Positions 13,486-26,481 are shown, counted from the whole stretch's first letter. The stretch: 63,702 nt of DNA, filler included, from Octopus bimaculoides (GCF_001194135.2; 6 parts of 5 records of this genome joined end to end with filler, not necessarily neighbours in it); one strand, 5' to 3'. Program-made: numbers and translations. The notes: generated by a model from the letters alone, not told the origin.

Positions 13486-13667
13486 AATGGAGGTGCATGG
13501 CTTAGTGATTCGGGTGTTGGGCTCATTATCACAAGATTGTGGTTTCAGTTCCTGGACTGGATTATGCATTGTGTTCTTGAGCAAGACACTTCATTTCCTG
13601 TTGCTCCAGTCCACTCAACTGGCAAAAATGAGTAATCCTGTGACAGACGGGTGTCCCATCCAAGGAG

Positions 13668-13670
<3 letters not shown>
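13486..13670 (+). mobile_element. tRNA SINE with V-domain-like core (family D), diverged
   Basis: tRNA-like head, ttgagcaagacacttcattt and gacgggtgtcccatcca; similar to 37496-37748 and 31151-31318. Confidence 0.7.
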
Positions 13671-13689
<19 letters not shown>

Positions 13690-13711
<22 letters not shown>

Positions 13712-14110
13712 TGGGACAAGAACGCAAAACAGCCAGACAGTTAGGTGATACAAAAAAGGGACAACAAAACATCCAGATAGATGATACAAAGAAAACAAGG
13801 ACGGGTCATTCGGAGGTTTCTTTCCTCAGTCGAGTTCCAGATTATCTTTGCAATTTTGGCTGGTTATACTCAAGATTGCTCCAATTTGGCCAGCCCCAAG
13901 GAAAAACTAAGCTAAGAGCATTAGATTCCTTGGAAGAAAGCAGTGAATGTATATGAAAACAAGGACGGAAAAAATGGAGAAATGTTACACAAATACAAAT
14001 GCAAATAACAGGACATAACAACAGGTATCTTTCGACTAAGGATGAATTAAATTAAGCTGGTGTGTGTGTAAGTAAGGCCTTATGACAGGGGCATAAGATT
14101 TAACAGGCAC
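13690..14110. mobile_element. Dispersed repeat unit starting atgggacaagaacgc (partial copies at 14494-14660 and 61874-61905)
   Basis: Clear similarity between the copies. A Penelope-type terminal origin is only a guess. Confidence 0.55.
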
Positions 14111-14938
14111 AGGGAGGAATATAGATGTTGCACAGATGGTAGTCGAACCAAGAAAGAAAGGTCAGGCTTGGCCGAACAGCGGTCACGTGGGGAGAGAAGA
14201 GAGAGAGAGGCAGAGGGATAGAAGAATTAAGGAGGGGCGAGAAAAAAATGAAAGAGACAGAGTGAAGTGAAAGAGGAGGAAAAGTGAGCATGAAGAGAAG
14301 GCCAGGAAATGTGAGAGAGGGGGAACAAAAGAATGAAGAGTGGAACGAACAAGGTAAGTGTGAAAGGGCTGATAGAAAGAAGGAAAGAATAGAAAGAATA
14401 ACAGAGTCGTACAAAATTTAGATATATATACTTACATATAAGAGACCAAAGTGTACGTACATTGCTATATTTTTATATATAAGAAATACAAAAATGGGAC
14501 AAGAACGCAATGCATCCAGACAGACGATACAAAGAAAACAAGGACGGGTCATTCGGAGTTTTCGTTCCTTAGTTGAGTTCCAGATTATCTTTGCATTTTC
14601 GGCTGGTTATCCTCGAGATTGCTCCATATATGCCAAACAAACCAGGAAAACAGTCCCATCTCCCTTACGGAGTAATGTGGACTAACCGACACACAAATAG
14701 ATGAGAGTAGTAGATAGACTAACATACAGATAAGAATGGTAGATTGGCTTCCATACAAATAGAAAAGAGTGGCAGCCTGTTAGGCTACAAGACAGATTGA
14801 CCAGAGTAGTTGACTTATAGATGAACAGATCAATAGACCAGAGTGGTTGATAGACTAACAGGATTTTAGTCAGTTATAGCAAGCACAGTATTTATTTCAG
14901 TCTGGTATGTATTTATTCAATGTGTATTTATTGTACAA

Positions 14939-15200
14939 TGAGGACACATGACCTAGTGGTTAGAGTGCCCACTCATGATTACAAGATCATGATTTTGATT
15001 CCTGGATCAAGTAGTGTGTTGTGTTCTTGAGCAAACCAGTTTGTCTCACATTATTCTGTAATCATTTTGACATCTGATATGTGGTACACCATACACCTAT
15101 AAAGGCAATATCAATTTGATGGAGGGAGTGAGCTAATATATAAGACTAATATTCAATCACTATAAATAAATCATTTGTGCAGTTCTTTCCAAGGCACAGG
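14939..15200 (+). mobile_element. Old tRNA-derived SINE
   Basis: gaggacacatgacctagtggttag head and gttcttgagcaa core. Confidence 0.5.
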
Positions 15201-15736
15201 TCTAGGCAGAGTTGTTTATGGAAGACCAACAGTCAGCCATGCATACCAGTCTCCCCACTCCATGGCACTGATGTCCATTCTAATGGTTCCATTAGCATTG
15301 ATGGTATAACTACGTATGTATGTCCTTCCCCTATTTCATTTTCTCATAAATTACTGGAAAATTGATATTTTCTGATAAAAATTTCAACAAACAGGTGTCA
15401 GATAATGTAGATTACGATGATATTGGAATATGATGTGGAAAGAATTCGGAAGAGGAAGCTAATTCAACCACTTCATCAATATGTACGAATGAAACAAAGT
15501 CGAGATGTCTGAATTATCCGACTCCATTCTACCCCCAACTTTTTTTAACATCAAATTACCACATAATCGTAATACACATCACCTGAAAAATATTTGTTGA
15601 GAACTTTTATCTAAAAACAGCCATTTTTCTGAAAGTTATGAGGAAACAAATCGAGGCGTGTGAATAATCCGAAACTCCTTTCCTTCTCTTACGAAAAAAA
15701 TTTTCACAACAAATTCCGGTATAACTTTAATTTACA

Positions 15737-16349
15737 CCAGTGGTTCTCAATTATTTTTTGCCTAAGGACCTCTTTGATTCCTATTTTACTTTACTGGACC
15801 CTCATAGTCATTCGATGTCTAAAAACTCCTATTATATTTTTATGACTAAATATTATTAGGAATTGTGTTAAAATATGTTTAAATATTTTGTGTATTGTAG
15901 AAATTAGAAATTATTTTGTTAGCACTCCGTCGCTTACGATGTCGAGGGTTCCAGTTGATCCGATCAACGGAACAGCCTGCTCGTGAAATTAACGTGCAAG
16001 TGGCTGAGCACTCCACACACACGTGTACCCTTAACGTAGTTCTCGGGGATATTCAGCGTAACACAGAGTGACGAGGCCGACCCTTTGAATTACAGGCACA
16101 ACAGAAACAAGAAGTAAGAGTGAGAGAAAGTTGTGGTGGAAGAGCTTTTTAGATGTTTTCGCTCAATAAACACTCACAACGCCCGGTCCGAGAATCGAAA
16201 CCGCGATCCTATGACCGCGAGTCCGCTGCCCTAACCACTGGGCCATTGTGCCTCCTCATTGTAGAAATACAACCAGTTTATTGTACATAAATTTTAACAA
16301 GATCTTATATGGACCCGAAAGGGCCATATGGACCCCGGTTGAGAACCCT
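15737..16349. mobile_element. hAT-like MITE (cagtggttctcaa ... ttgagaaccc) interrupted by a SINE
   Basis: Terminal inverted repeats seen; ggaccc subterminal motifs. Confidence 0.6.
15905..16257 (-). mobile_element. Young OR1-type tRNA SINE with 11-bp TSD attgtagaaat (15894-15904 / 16258-16268)
   Basis: Near-identical to 45396-45789 apart from a ~55-bp internal deletion; A and B boxes present. Confidence 0.9.
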
Positions 16350-16599
16350 TTAAAATATGTCTGGAAAATTTCATCAAAAAATGTTACATTTTTCAGTGGG
16401 AGCTATGCCACGTTGATCTCATGATTCACCCTCCCAATCACAACTGAATCTACGAAACCTTTCACACAATACAAAAATGTAATAACTCTTCCATCAGTCA
16501 TGGTTCACTAACGTTTAGCTGTAGAAATGTAAACTTTTGAGATTTGAAACTGTAGCCTTTACAGTAGTTGCAGAGTGCAGAAGTTGAGTACAAGAATAT

Positions 16600-17700
16600 A
16601 CAGCACCGTAATGCGCCTGTCTTAAGCTACGTGTCATGTCAAATGTCTTGTGTCATCAGTAATTTCAACGATTTAGAAGATTCCTGAGGCAAGCTAGTCT
16701 AAATCAATAGCAAACATTCCTTCTTTTGAAGTAAAACAGGGGTAAATCAACATTTGCGATCACTGCAAATATAATGACTGGGAACAGACAGTTGCTATCT
16801 CCACCGGAAATACTTTCTACAAGGTAAACGATGCTGTTGAAATTTTGTTGGTGGTGGTCAAATAGTTTAAGCGTTGTTTTCACGTACTATAGGATGTCAA
16901 AAGAGAGTTTTATGTTGTATGTTAGCCTACACAAAATAAAATCATATCCCTTCCTTTTAATAACAAAAATAAAGGGTAATTTTATTCGATAAGATAACTA
17001 TTCACCATTATGCTGCACCTTCTAACTATCCTACCGTTGCAGTGTGCCTATAGCCTCACTGTCTCTTCTACTAATTTTACAATGGTTTATTTCTTAATCG
17101 AAAAGTCACACACCATCATGTACACCTGCCTCTTCCACTAAACGCTTCATCCAAATTTAGCTCCATAAAATTCGATCCTCAAATTTAAATCCTATTTTCC
17201 GCTCCTCTGTCAAGAAGGTATCAACCAAACACCACGAGTTAAAAAGGTGACTTTTACGCAATCGTTGTGCTTGTTAAAAATTAAAGAATTTATATTAAAC
17301 GGTTTAGTCTTAGATGTAATAACCGACGGAATATTCGTAGCTAGAACATCCTTGTGGTGACATAGGGCAAAATAATATCAACAATATTCTCAGCGTCAAC
17401 TATATCAATCTCAGATATCTGGGAAGTCCTGCAGAGACTATGGGCACCTTTAACTCTATAATAATGAAATTAATTCATTGTTGATCTCACAACACCCGAA
17501 GTTTTAAATTATAAGATTATATAGGCCTATGATAGACGACATCATTCACCTACACAATCTCCACTCATGACATAAAGAGGCTAGGCTGAAAAAGAGGGTA
17601 AATGATATCATCTTCTCATACCGACACCTTGGATACCAATACCGAAGAACCGCCATTATATAGTGTGACGATTGTCATTTAGCACCAAATGAGCTTTTGA
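16600..17700 (+). mobile_element. Decayed Gypsy-type RNase H/integrase fossil
   Basis: Manual translation gives NAPVLSY, LLKIKEFILNG (I..GW-like), WEVL..TL..N.FIVD..PEV (integrase core-like) and HHSPTQSP..G.AEK. Heavily mutated. Confidence 0.45.
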
Positions 17701-18659
17701 CCGAGCAAACTTGTCATAAAAAGCGTTCCGTCATGATCACTCTGTTTTTTATTTTTTTCATTTACTTATTTTTATATAACAGAAATTGTATTTTCTAATA
17801 TCTCCTTTATTGAAGGCGGTAGAATATTATTTGAAGTTGATTTGGGAGCTATTTCTAGTCTACGCCTTATAAATCAATCCTTGTTGGTTTGTAAGGTATA
17901 GACTTAAACTTCGGGATGAAATGGCCTAGTGGATAGTACATCAAACTACTTACTCATGGTTCGTGAGTTCAGATTAGCTGCTTACTCTTTTTAATAGATA
18001 GAACGCTATTTTATTTTACTTAGCTGTTGGTAACATGTAACAGATTTTCAGAGAAATTGTCAATAATAGGATCGATCACTTATTGGTGCACAGGCATTGA
18101 ATCTTGCAAGGTAAAATAATTAACTACGTCAGAGTGATATTATACAGCAGTTAAAGGCTGTCTACACTGATTATAAGCCTCTTCCTTATTTTCATCTGAG
18201 ATATTGTCTGTCTACATCACTTTCTGTGAAAGCTTGCTTTTGATATTTAGGATCTTGCAGGTTTTAATATCTTTGGAGCGGATCTTTTATAGACCAGTCA
18301 AGTATCTCAGATGTTAGTATCAGTGCTGGTACTACAAGGTATAGTTTAGACTCTGAAATTCCTCTCTCCCTTTATTATATATGCGTGCATTCGAACGTAG
18401 CAGGGAACAGCTAACCTTTGGCCGCTATTTGGATCTCGTTGTGTCCACCACTCTGATTGGTTGGTATTGGTGCAATTTGTCTCTTACTCGATTGCGCCAA
18501 TTTGCTGCGTATAACCAGGCGGAGGCCCTAAATACGATCACGTAGGATAGCCTGTTCTCTATCTTGCTTTGAGCCTACAGTTCCTTATAAAAACTCAGCC
18601 TTTTCTCTTTCGAAATCTTTGGTTCCAGACCTTTTAAGGTCTAGCCACTGACATCAAAG

Positions 18660-19050
18660 ACACAGTCAGTTCCAGCGACAACGCCAGACAACACCACCAC
18701 CGCAGCTACGTTGAGACTTACCAGCTTCGTCCAACCGCATTACGGCAACCTCCTTCTTCGTCGCCACCTTCATGTCCTTCTTAACGTCGTCAGCATCATC
18801 TCTCTGCGTACACAGCTCAGCAAGCAATTCACCCAGGTTCCAACACCTCACTGTTCGTGAATTACTACACCATGGATCAACAGCGAATATACAACCTGCA
18901 AGAACTCCTGTCTCAAGTGACCCAGGCAGCAGCATCACAGCCACGACTTCACATACGACATGTACCTGCAACCGGCTCGGATCATGGTCGCGGCTCCTTG
19001 ATACAGTGTTTCAACTACCGTGTACTAATGACTACGAACTGGTATTATTT
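18660..19050 (+). mobile_element. Possible 3' end of the same Gypsy-type pol (GC-richer tract)
   Basis: RSYVET..RRQHHL resembles the post-integrase RSY.V..RRNR.HL motif. Weak. Confidence 0.3.
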
Positions 19051-20149
19051 ATCTTTCTTGTGTCTATGAACTTACTCCTCACTTCGATGGCTATATAGAC
19101 TCTTTCATTGTCTCTTCTTCATTGCCATCCTTATATGTTCTTGACGCGCGCATACATATATACTTACACACATACACTTTGTTCTTATGACAGCCTGTCT
19201 ATTAATCTGTATACATGACGCACACACAGACACACATGTTATTACATCAATAAACGTTCTCTTAATCATTCTACACGGTTGTGTCTCCTTTTTCCATTTG
19301 TCATTTATGTGTTCTATCAATTTTCTCTTTATTGTATCAGCTGTGTGGTGTGGTACTAAAGAGCCATTCTTGTCACCTCACATTGCACAGTCCTTACAAA
19401 TGCATTAGAGATATTATTTTGTTGTAAGAGGAAACCTCAGACTACCATATCTTTTCCCCCTTTATTTGGCATAATATTATTTGGTTCACAACACCTTTAT
19501 ATAATAAATTTTTACCAGTACCTCGGTATTTATAGCACTTGTGTGGAACAGGGGAAACGGAAACCATTGGCGCAAAGGTTTTGGGTATGGGGAACGCTTT
19601 TCCACATTCAATTGTTAAATATAAAAGATTTTTGACCAAAATTCATCCCTATATCAATAGAAAATATGATTAAATTCAACAGTTTCTCAATATTGTAAGT
19701 ATTTCGAGCATAAATGTTTCGATCGTTCGCAATTAAATTATGAGTAGTATTAGTGTCTCTTACTGTTGTAGACTCTAGGTCCTAGAGTCTAGGACATAAT
19801 CTGTGGATGTTTGTAAAAGAAATGACTGTGAGTTTAGAACCAAAATAAACAGAAGCACAGTTTCTCGTTTTAGAATATCGCTGATAAATAAATGACAGAA
19901 AGAAAATTTTTTGTTGAAATGGTACTTTAGTTTCGTCGTTACATTGTAAGATACTTCTTCAGGTTGTTGTCACGCACTGATTATTTGCCGCTCTGTTATC
20001 CATTCTGTAGCTAGTTACTTTCATATGTGAATGACTACTAGAAGACAGGTGGGAAAAGGAGAGAGAGAGAAAGAGTAAGAAAATCTACCTATCTGGGTTG
20101 ATATATAGAGTATGTCGCGGATGACAATCTATAAGTGAAAGGAGAAAAA

Positions 20150-21190
20150 CAGTGATGTGCTCTTTGGCACTGGCGACCAGCGAAAGAAATAGAACCGAAT
20201 TTGGGTATTGTATTTATACTTGCTGCAAAGCTAGGTATAGGTAAAAACAAGATGGAAGATGAAAGAGTTTATATATGTTGAGCTGTATTTAACCCAAGAA
20301 TATTCACTTAAACAATAGAACGTGATAGTTGACTTCCATAAATTTCCAAGTGCGAAAACCGAGAACAATAGGAAAGAATCTATAGAAAGATGTAGATCTG
20401 GTTTCGAATCCTGGCTTAGAATCTAGAAAGTTATTCATTACATTTCCGTTGAAATATTTACAACATCAGAGGCAATCATTCCACTTTAAGTTATAAGTAT
20501 GAGGAATAAAAAGCAGATCTTTATGAGTCTTTCGTTGGCAGCGAGTAATGACAGTAGGTACATTTGCCAGCTGTAGTGACTTCAATAGCCTTGAGTGGGG
20601 AATGGAACCGAATGCCTTTCTTCATTCAAGCCATACTATCTCAAGATGCCTTCGATCTTTTCTTAATTTAGCAAACCTTTCTTTACCAAAAATTCTTCGG
20701 CGCATCCTCGCATGCCTTTTCTTCTTCATGCTCGTCAGTGACTCTATTATTAGTCTCCCAATAGTCTTAGGAGAACTGGTTCATGCAGCTTCTGTAGAAT
20801 TTGTATAATGTTAAGACATGCTATGGACCCATAAGTTCTCTTCTAAGGCTGTCTTTTCATTTTTGGCCATAAAGTCTGTTTGTGCTATGGCAACCCAGTT
20901 TGGTATGTCAACCTGGCATTTAAATATTAAAAAAATATTTTTATGAGTAGCTTTCAATAAAAAATCGACATTTTGGTACTAGTTGCCAGTTGTGAGGTGT
21001 CTTCCTAGTGCGTTCTCATAATGTAGCTTTCCCACTGCTTTGGGAGCAGTTTCAGTATCGATCATGTATGTTTTACTGTTGATGTGGGAATAATATTAGT
21101 GTGGTTTTGTCGATCCATTTCGCATCCCGATTAAAATTTTTCCGATTTCACACCAGAATGATTTTAGACCTTCTAAGGAAGGGGCTCTTT
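20150..21190 (-). mobile_element. R4/Dong-type (RLE) non-LTR retrotransposon RT fossil
   Basis: PNWVAIAQTDFMAKNEKT, LYKFYRSC, RRHLEIVWLE*RKAFGSIPHSRLLKSLQL (W.D..KA.DS.PH motif) and ASDVVNI; multiple stops. Confidence 0.7.
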
Positions 21191-21441
21191 GTGTGTGTGT
21201 GTGTGTGTGTGTGTGATTGATTTTTTTCGATTTCGTTGTAATGTTAAAACTATATATAAGCAGATTGAAGCAGAACAATGTTGTAAATTAGAAGGCAATG
21301 GAGTGTCTAAATAGTAATGGTTCTTGTAGCATAAAGGTTTTTTTTAATACTCTAAGTTCAAGTCTTGCGGGAGTCAACTTCGCCTTTCATCCTACCTTGT
21401 GTTACAATTCATAGATGTAAGTTATATTTTGGCTGTTTTAA

Positions 21442-23061
21442 ACTGTAGTAACGCCTGCGCATGCGTAGTTTTACGCATGCGTAGAATAAAACAAGCAAGC
21501 GTTTCCCGCTCAATTCATTCTCTTTCTCGCTGGCCAGCGATTGAGCATGGACGTGTGTTTAAAAGCTGTCCCTACATCTTTCGGTCTTATACTCGACAGC
21601 TCGTTATTCTCACCTCTAAAGATGTATAACTAAAGATATGTATGTTTTACCAAGTAAATAAATGTTGTTTAGTCTGGAGTTCAGCGTTCCGTCAATTTCT
21701 TTAATTTTATAGTAGAAAGTCAGGTATACAATCTAAAGATGTATAACCCACTTTCTACTAAAAAACCATNNNNNNNNNNNNNNNNNNNNNNNNNNNNNNN
21801 NNNNNNNNNNNNNNNNNNNNNNNNNNNNNNNNNNNNNNNNNNNNNNNNNNNNNNNNNNNNNNNNNNNNNNNNNNNNNNNNNNNNNNNNNNNNNNNNNNNN
21901 NNNNNNNNNNNNNNNNNNNNNNNNNNNNNNNNNNNNNNNNNNNNNNNNNNNNNNNNNNNNNNNNNNNNNNNNNNNNNNNNNNNNNNNNNNNNNNNNNNNN
22001 NNNNNNNNNNNNNNNNNNNNNNNNNNNNNNNNNNNNNNNNNNNNNNNNNNNNNNNNNNNNNNNNNNNNNNNNNNNNNNNNNNNNNNNNNNNNNNNNNNNN
22101 NNNNNNNNNNNNNNNNNNNNNNNNNNNNNNNNNNNNNNNNNNNNNNNNNNNNNNNNNNNNNNNNNNNNNNNNNNNNNNNNNNNNNNNNNNNNNNNNNNNN
22201 NNNNNNNNNNNNNNNNNNNNNNNNNNNNNNNNNNNNNNNNNNNNNNNNNNNNNNNNNNNNNNNNNNNNNNNNNNNNNNNNNNNNNNNNNNNNNNNNNNNN
22301 NNNNNNNNNNNNNNNNNNNNNNNNNNNNNNNNNNNNNNNNNNNNNNNNNNNNNNNNNNNNNNNNNNNNNNNNNNNNNNNNNNNNNNNNNNNNNNNNNNNN
22401 NNNNNNNNNNNNNNNNNNNNNNNNNNNNNNNNNNNNNNNNNNNNNNNNNNNNNNNNNNNNNNNNNNNNNNNNNNNNNNNNNNNNNNNNNNNNNNNNNNNN
22501 NNNNNNNNNNNNNNNNNNNNNNNNNNNNNNNNNNNNNNNNNNNNNNNNNNNNNNNNNNNNNNNNNNNNNNNNNNNNNNNNNNNNNNNNNNNNNNNNNNNN
22601 NNNNNNNNNNNNNNNNNNNNNNNNNNNNNNNNNNNNNNNNNNNNNNNNNNNNNNNNNNNNNNNNNNNNNNNNNNNNNNNNNNNNNNNNNNNNNNNNNNNN
22701 NNNNNNNNNNNNNNNNNNNNNNNACTGTAGTAACGCCTGCGCATGCGTAGTTTTACGCATGCGTAGAATAAAACAAGCAAGCGTTTCCCGCTCAATTCAT
22801 TCTCTTTCACGCTGGCCAGCGATTGAGCATGGACGTATGTTTAAAAGCTGTCTCTACATCTTTCGGTCTTATACTCGACAGCTAGTTATTCTCACCTCTA
22901 AAGATGTATAACTAAAAGATATGTATGTTTTACCAAGTAAATAAATGTTGTTTAAGTTGTTTAGTCTGGAGTTCAGCGTTCCGTCAATTTCTTTAATTTT
23001 ATAGTAGAAAGTCAGGTATACAATCTAAAGATGTATAACCCACTTTCTACTAAAAAACCAT
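21442..23061 (+). repeat. ~330-bp direct duplication flanking a gap (21442-21769 and 22724-23061), with a third partial copy at 25008-25055
   Basis: The copies align with a few substitutions and small indels. Confidence 0.9.
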
Positions 23062-23535
23062 ACAGTTTTTGGCCACAAAATATCACAGAATCCAAACTCA
23101 CGTAACACATTTAGTTCGTACACCGTGATGGGAAAAGAAATCGAACGTTTCTGAACAGAGGGAAAGGGAGAGTGAGGGGGACAGACAGACAGAAAGAGAG
23201 AGAGATTATTTTTTTTTTATTCAATATCAAAAACTTAACTGCATAATTTTTCCGAAGCAGACCACCTTTAGTTGCCTCGCATTCAGTTTTTACTGTGATA
23301 TGTCAAACTACTCAATGTCTTAATGACCAGATAGTTCATGTCACCCTCTGCTCGGATGTTAGAATCGTCACATGTCTTGTTCTGTTGAATTATCTTGTGT
23401 CACTATGCTCCAAGTTAAACCTTTGTGTACTTTCCTTGTACTGCATAGTAATCTCGTTAAGTGTTACAATCAAGAATTGACGCTGAATCATAAACTTGGC
23501 TTAGCAAGATTGACCCCTATAATACAACATTTTGT

Positions 23536-23749
23536 AAGGCAGCGAGCTGGCAGAGTCGTTAGCACGCCGAGCAAAGTGCTTAACAGCATTTCGTCTGTCT
23601 TCCACTTTCTGAGTTCAAATTCCGCCGAGGTCGACTTTGCCTTTCATCCTTCCCGTGTCGGTAAAATAAGTACCAGTTGAACACTGGGGTCGATATCATC
23701 GACTTACCTCTCATCCTAAATTGCTGGCCTTGTGCCAAAATTTGAAACC
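23536..23749 (+). mobile_element. Full-length family-C tRNA SINE
   Basis: gcgagctggcaga head, gagttcaaattcc B-box-like motif and gcctttcatcctt..aaaataagtaccag core; further pieces at 31420-31680(+), 31750-31950(-), 33250-33360(-), 33808-33900(-) and 44912-45018(-). Confidence 0.85.
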
Positions 23750-24399
23750 TATATTACAACACTTGAATTAAAGTCATCAGTTGTGGAAGTTAGTAGGGTA
23801 CCGGATATAAGTATTTTCATATCGTTCGGTACCTCGGTGTGTTGAGTTAAAACTTATTGGTATTGAATTTGACGTTTCTCCAGTTCAATACGGTACTAAT
23901 GACATACAGTGACCATAAGTACTTAGCAACGTGCAGTGCAAAACAATAAGACGAATGCATGAATTATACCAAACAGAAATAAAATCATTTCCTGACTAGT
24001 TGATTTTATTGTTATTGTCGTTTATTTACGAAGACAGAGCAATGTGTCCGTGATTTATGAGGTTGATACAGTTTATGTTTAGCTTCAACATTTGTAAATC
24101 GACGTCTGCAGAAACAAATAAAACGTACACAGAGAAGGAATTTCAGAATGTTGATACCTTGTAGAGAAAAGGAATAGACAATTGGATAGTGGTAGTCCTA
24201 GGGAACGAGATAATATAGGAGTTGCGAAAAAAGGAGAGGCGAGTGTTTCGTGAGTACTTAAGTTGAGGGGATATGCATTTAACCAGTTCGTAGCAGTATA
24301 GAACCGATTAAATAGTAATAAAAATGATAAAGCTCATAGATGTCCTATTCCCACAACATATCTGTGTGCCAAGCTATAGCGTATTAATGAAAGAAAAGT

Positions 24400-24584
24400 G
24401 GCTGTGAGGTAAAAAGTCACAGGAAAAAAAGTCACTGTAATAAAGTCACAGGAGTTTTGTCCGGAAGTGGGGGTTCCAGGGGGTTTTGTCCACAGATCCC
24501 ATAAATTAATTGTGACTTTTTTTCCTAGCCAAAATTCTGACTTTATTACTGTGACTTTTTTTTAGTGTTACTTTCCTGTCACCC
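24400..24584. mobile_element. Palindromic MITE built from AAAGTCAC(A) subrepeats
   Basis: Three aaagtcac units on the left are mirrored by (g)tgacttt units on the right. Confidence 0.6.
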
Positions 24585-24664
24585 AACGGGCCCAGTATGC
24601 TCATGCTTTAAGACGAAACTACAGTTTAAGACAGAACTACATGCCTGATTTGTTAAAATGTTTG

Positions 24665-24785
24665 CTTCCTAACTACGTGATTTCATGTCCGCTGAGTGAA
24701 CCTTGGGCAAGTGTCTCTTGTTATAGCCTCAGGCCGACCAGAGCCTTGTGAGTCGATTTGGTAGACGAAAACTGAAGATTTCGTC
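24665..24785 (+). mobile_element. OR2-type SINE head fragment followed directly by a hammerhead-like unit
   Basis: ccttgggcaagtgtct..gccttgtgagt..ggtagacgaaaactgaag..cgtcgta. Confidence 0.7.
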
Positions 24786-24846
24786 GTACATATTTTTCTC
24801 TCCTTTTTTTCTCTCCTTGTTTCTCTCCTTATTCCTTTCTGTGTTC

Positions 24847-24882
24847 CTTTCTGTTGCAGAGCGTAGGGTCGAAACGTTAAAG
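24847..24882 (+). ncRNA. Degenerate minimal hammerhead-like motif
   Basis: cttt-CTGTTGC-a-GAGC-gtag-GGTC-GAAAC-GTT-aaag; homologous to 27603-27639 but with core and stem II mutations. Confidence 0.35.
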
Positions 24883-25785
24883 ACTTTCTCTATTCCCGAG
24901 CGTTATANNNNNNNNNNNNNNNNNNNNNNNNNNNNNNNNNNNNNNNNNNNNNNNNNNNNNNNNNNNNNNNNNNNNNNNNNNNNNNNNNNNNNNNNNNNNN
25001 NNNNNNNAAAGTCAGGTATACAATCTAAAGATGTATAACCCACTTTCTACTAAAAGCGCATTTAGTAAATTTACATCTAGTACCAGACGGGAAAACATTT
25101 TCAGGCAGTTTAATGTCAGTATTTCATCACTGTGCGAAACAAGATGGTGCTATAGATCAAGAACTGTGTCATCCAAAAAAACCATCGCATGAAAACTTGA
25201 AAAATGCCTTCACAAGTGTTTTAGGCTCTAGGGATGAAGATACAGTTTGTCAAACATATAAACAGAAGTAAAGACAATGCTAACGTTTCTGCCATCTCGC
25301 CGCCTTCAAGTTACAATATATCACTATTTCCATTATATCAAGTTGACGGTTGGAGTTGGTATTTTCTTTAAGAGGAGTCTTTTCAACCGGCATCTCGTAC
25401 ACGTCGCAGTTGTTGTGTGTTGTTTGCTGTTCATGTCGACGTAAACTGACCCTGGAATCTCGTGAATAACAGCATAATACAAAATCCAGTATACAGCATC
25501 ATGCCACTATTCCCGAAAATGATAAGAGTCATTTATCGAAAAGCCCTTTTTCTTCTTGGCGTCAAATTATCATTCTTCAGTTGACGGAAGGTTTTCATTA
25601 TTTCGTTTTTGACAAAAAAATGTCCACATGTTTCCAAAGGTCATTACCGATAAAAAAAAAACGATTCCAAATCGATACCAAATCGTTCCCGTAAATCATT
25701 GATAACTTACCATTGTATTTACAATACATATAATAGCAAACAAAAAAAAACATACAATACAATATCATTCCAACGTCTGCATGTT

Positions 25786-25943
25786 CACCGTATTTATTGT
25801 GTATAGGTCGCACCTCTAATTTTCTGTTAACCCTTGGTACAAAATCGTTTCCCGTTATAGCATTAGCTTTGCCTCGTATACAAGTTTTTTTCAGTCATAA
25901 TCAAATATAAAATAGTGCGACCTATGCTTGTGTAGATACAGTA
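25786..25943. mobile_element. pogo/Tigger-like MITE
   Basis: Imperfect TIRs caccgtatttattgtgtataggtcgcac / gtgcgacctatgcttgtgtagatacagta. Confidence 0.45.
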
Positions 25944-26430
25944 ATTTATTTTAGTACAAAGAACATTTCATATACACATATGTAAAATAGATCCTTAAAG
26001 AAACGACAGTGCCTATACACTTATTTATTGCCAAGGAAATGTTTAACAGGAAGAAGCTGTAAATAGAAACATTAAAACAATTTAGACAAAAAGAGTGAAA
26101 ATTGTGCCTATCCCCGAAACTAACGATTGATTTATTTGCCGAAAAATTCAAAACAGTGACAATCAGTAACTAATATAGTTTTTTTGTCTTATGCCGCATA
26201 TATTTTTCGTAGTTAATGTTTTTGATGCTCTCTGCATTAAATATGATAATACCAAATTAATTATTTATTCTTGCATTTTTTTCTTTTTTGTATTCATGTA
26301 TCAATATCAATGGGACCTGGCTTGAGCAATAACAGCCCTATCTCCAGCAGCCATCTTGAACTTTTATTCGATTACCTAAGCACAACGAGCTAGGATCGTT
26401 TGAAGAGCCCAATCAAACTTTTATTAAATA

Positions 26431-26481
<51 letters not shown>

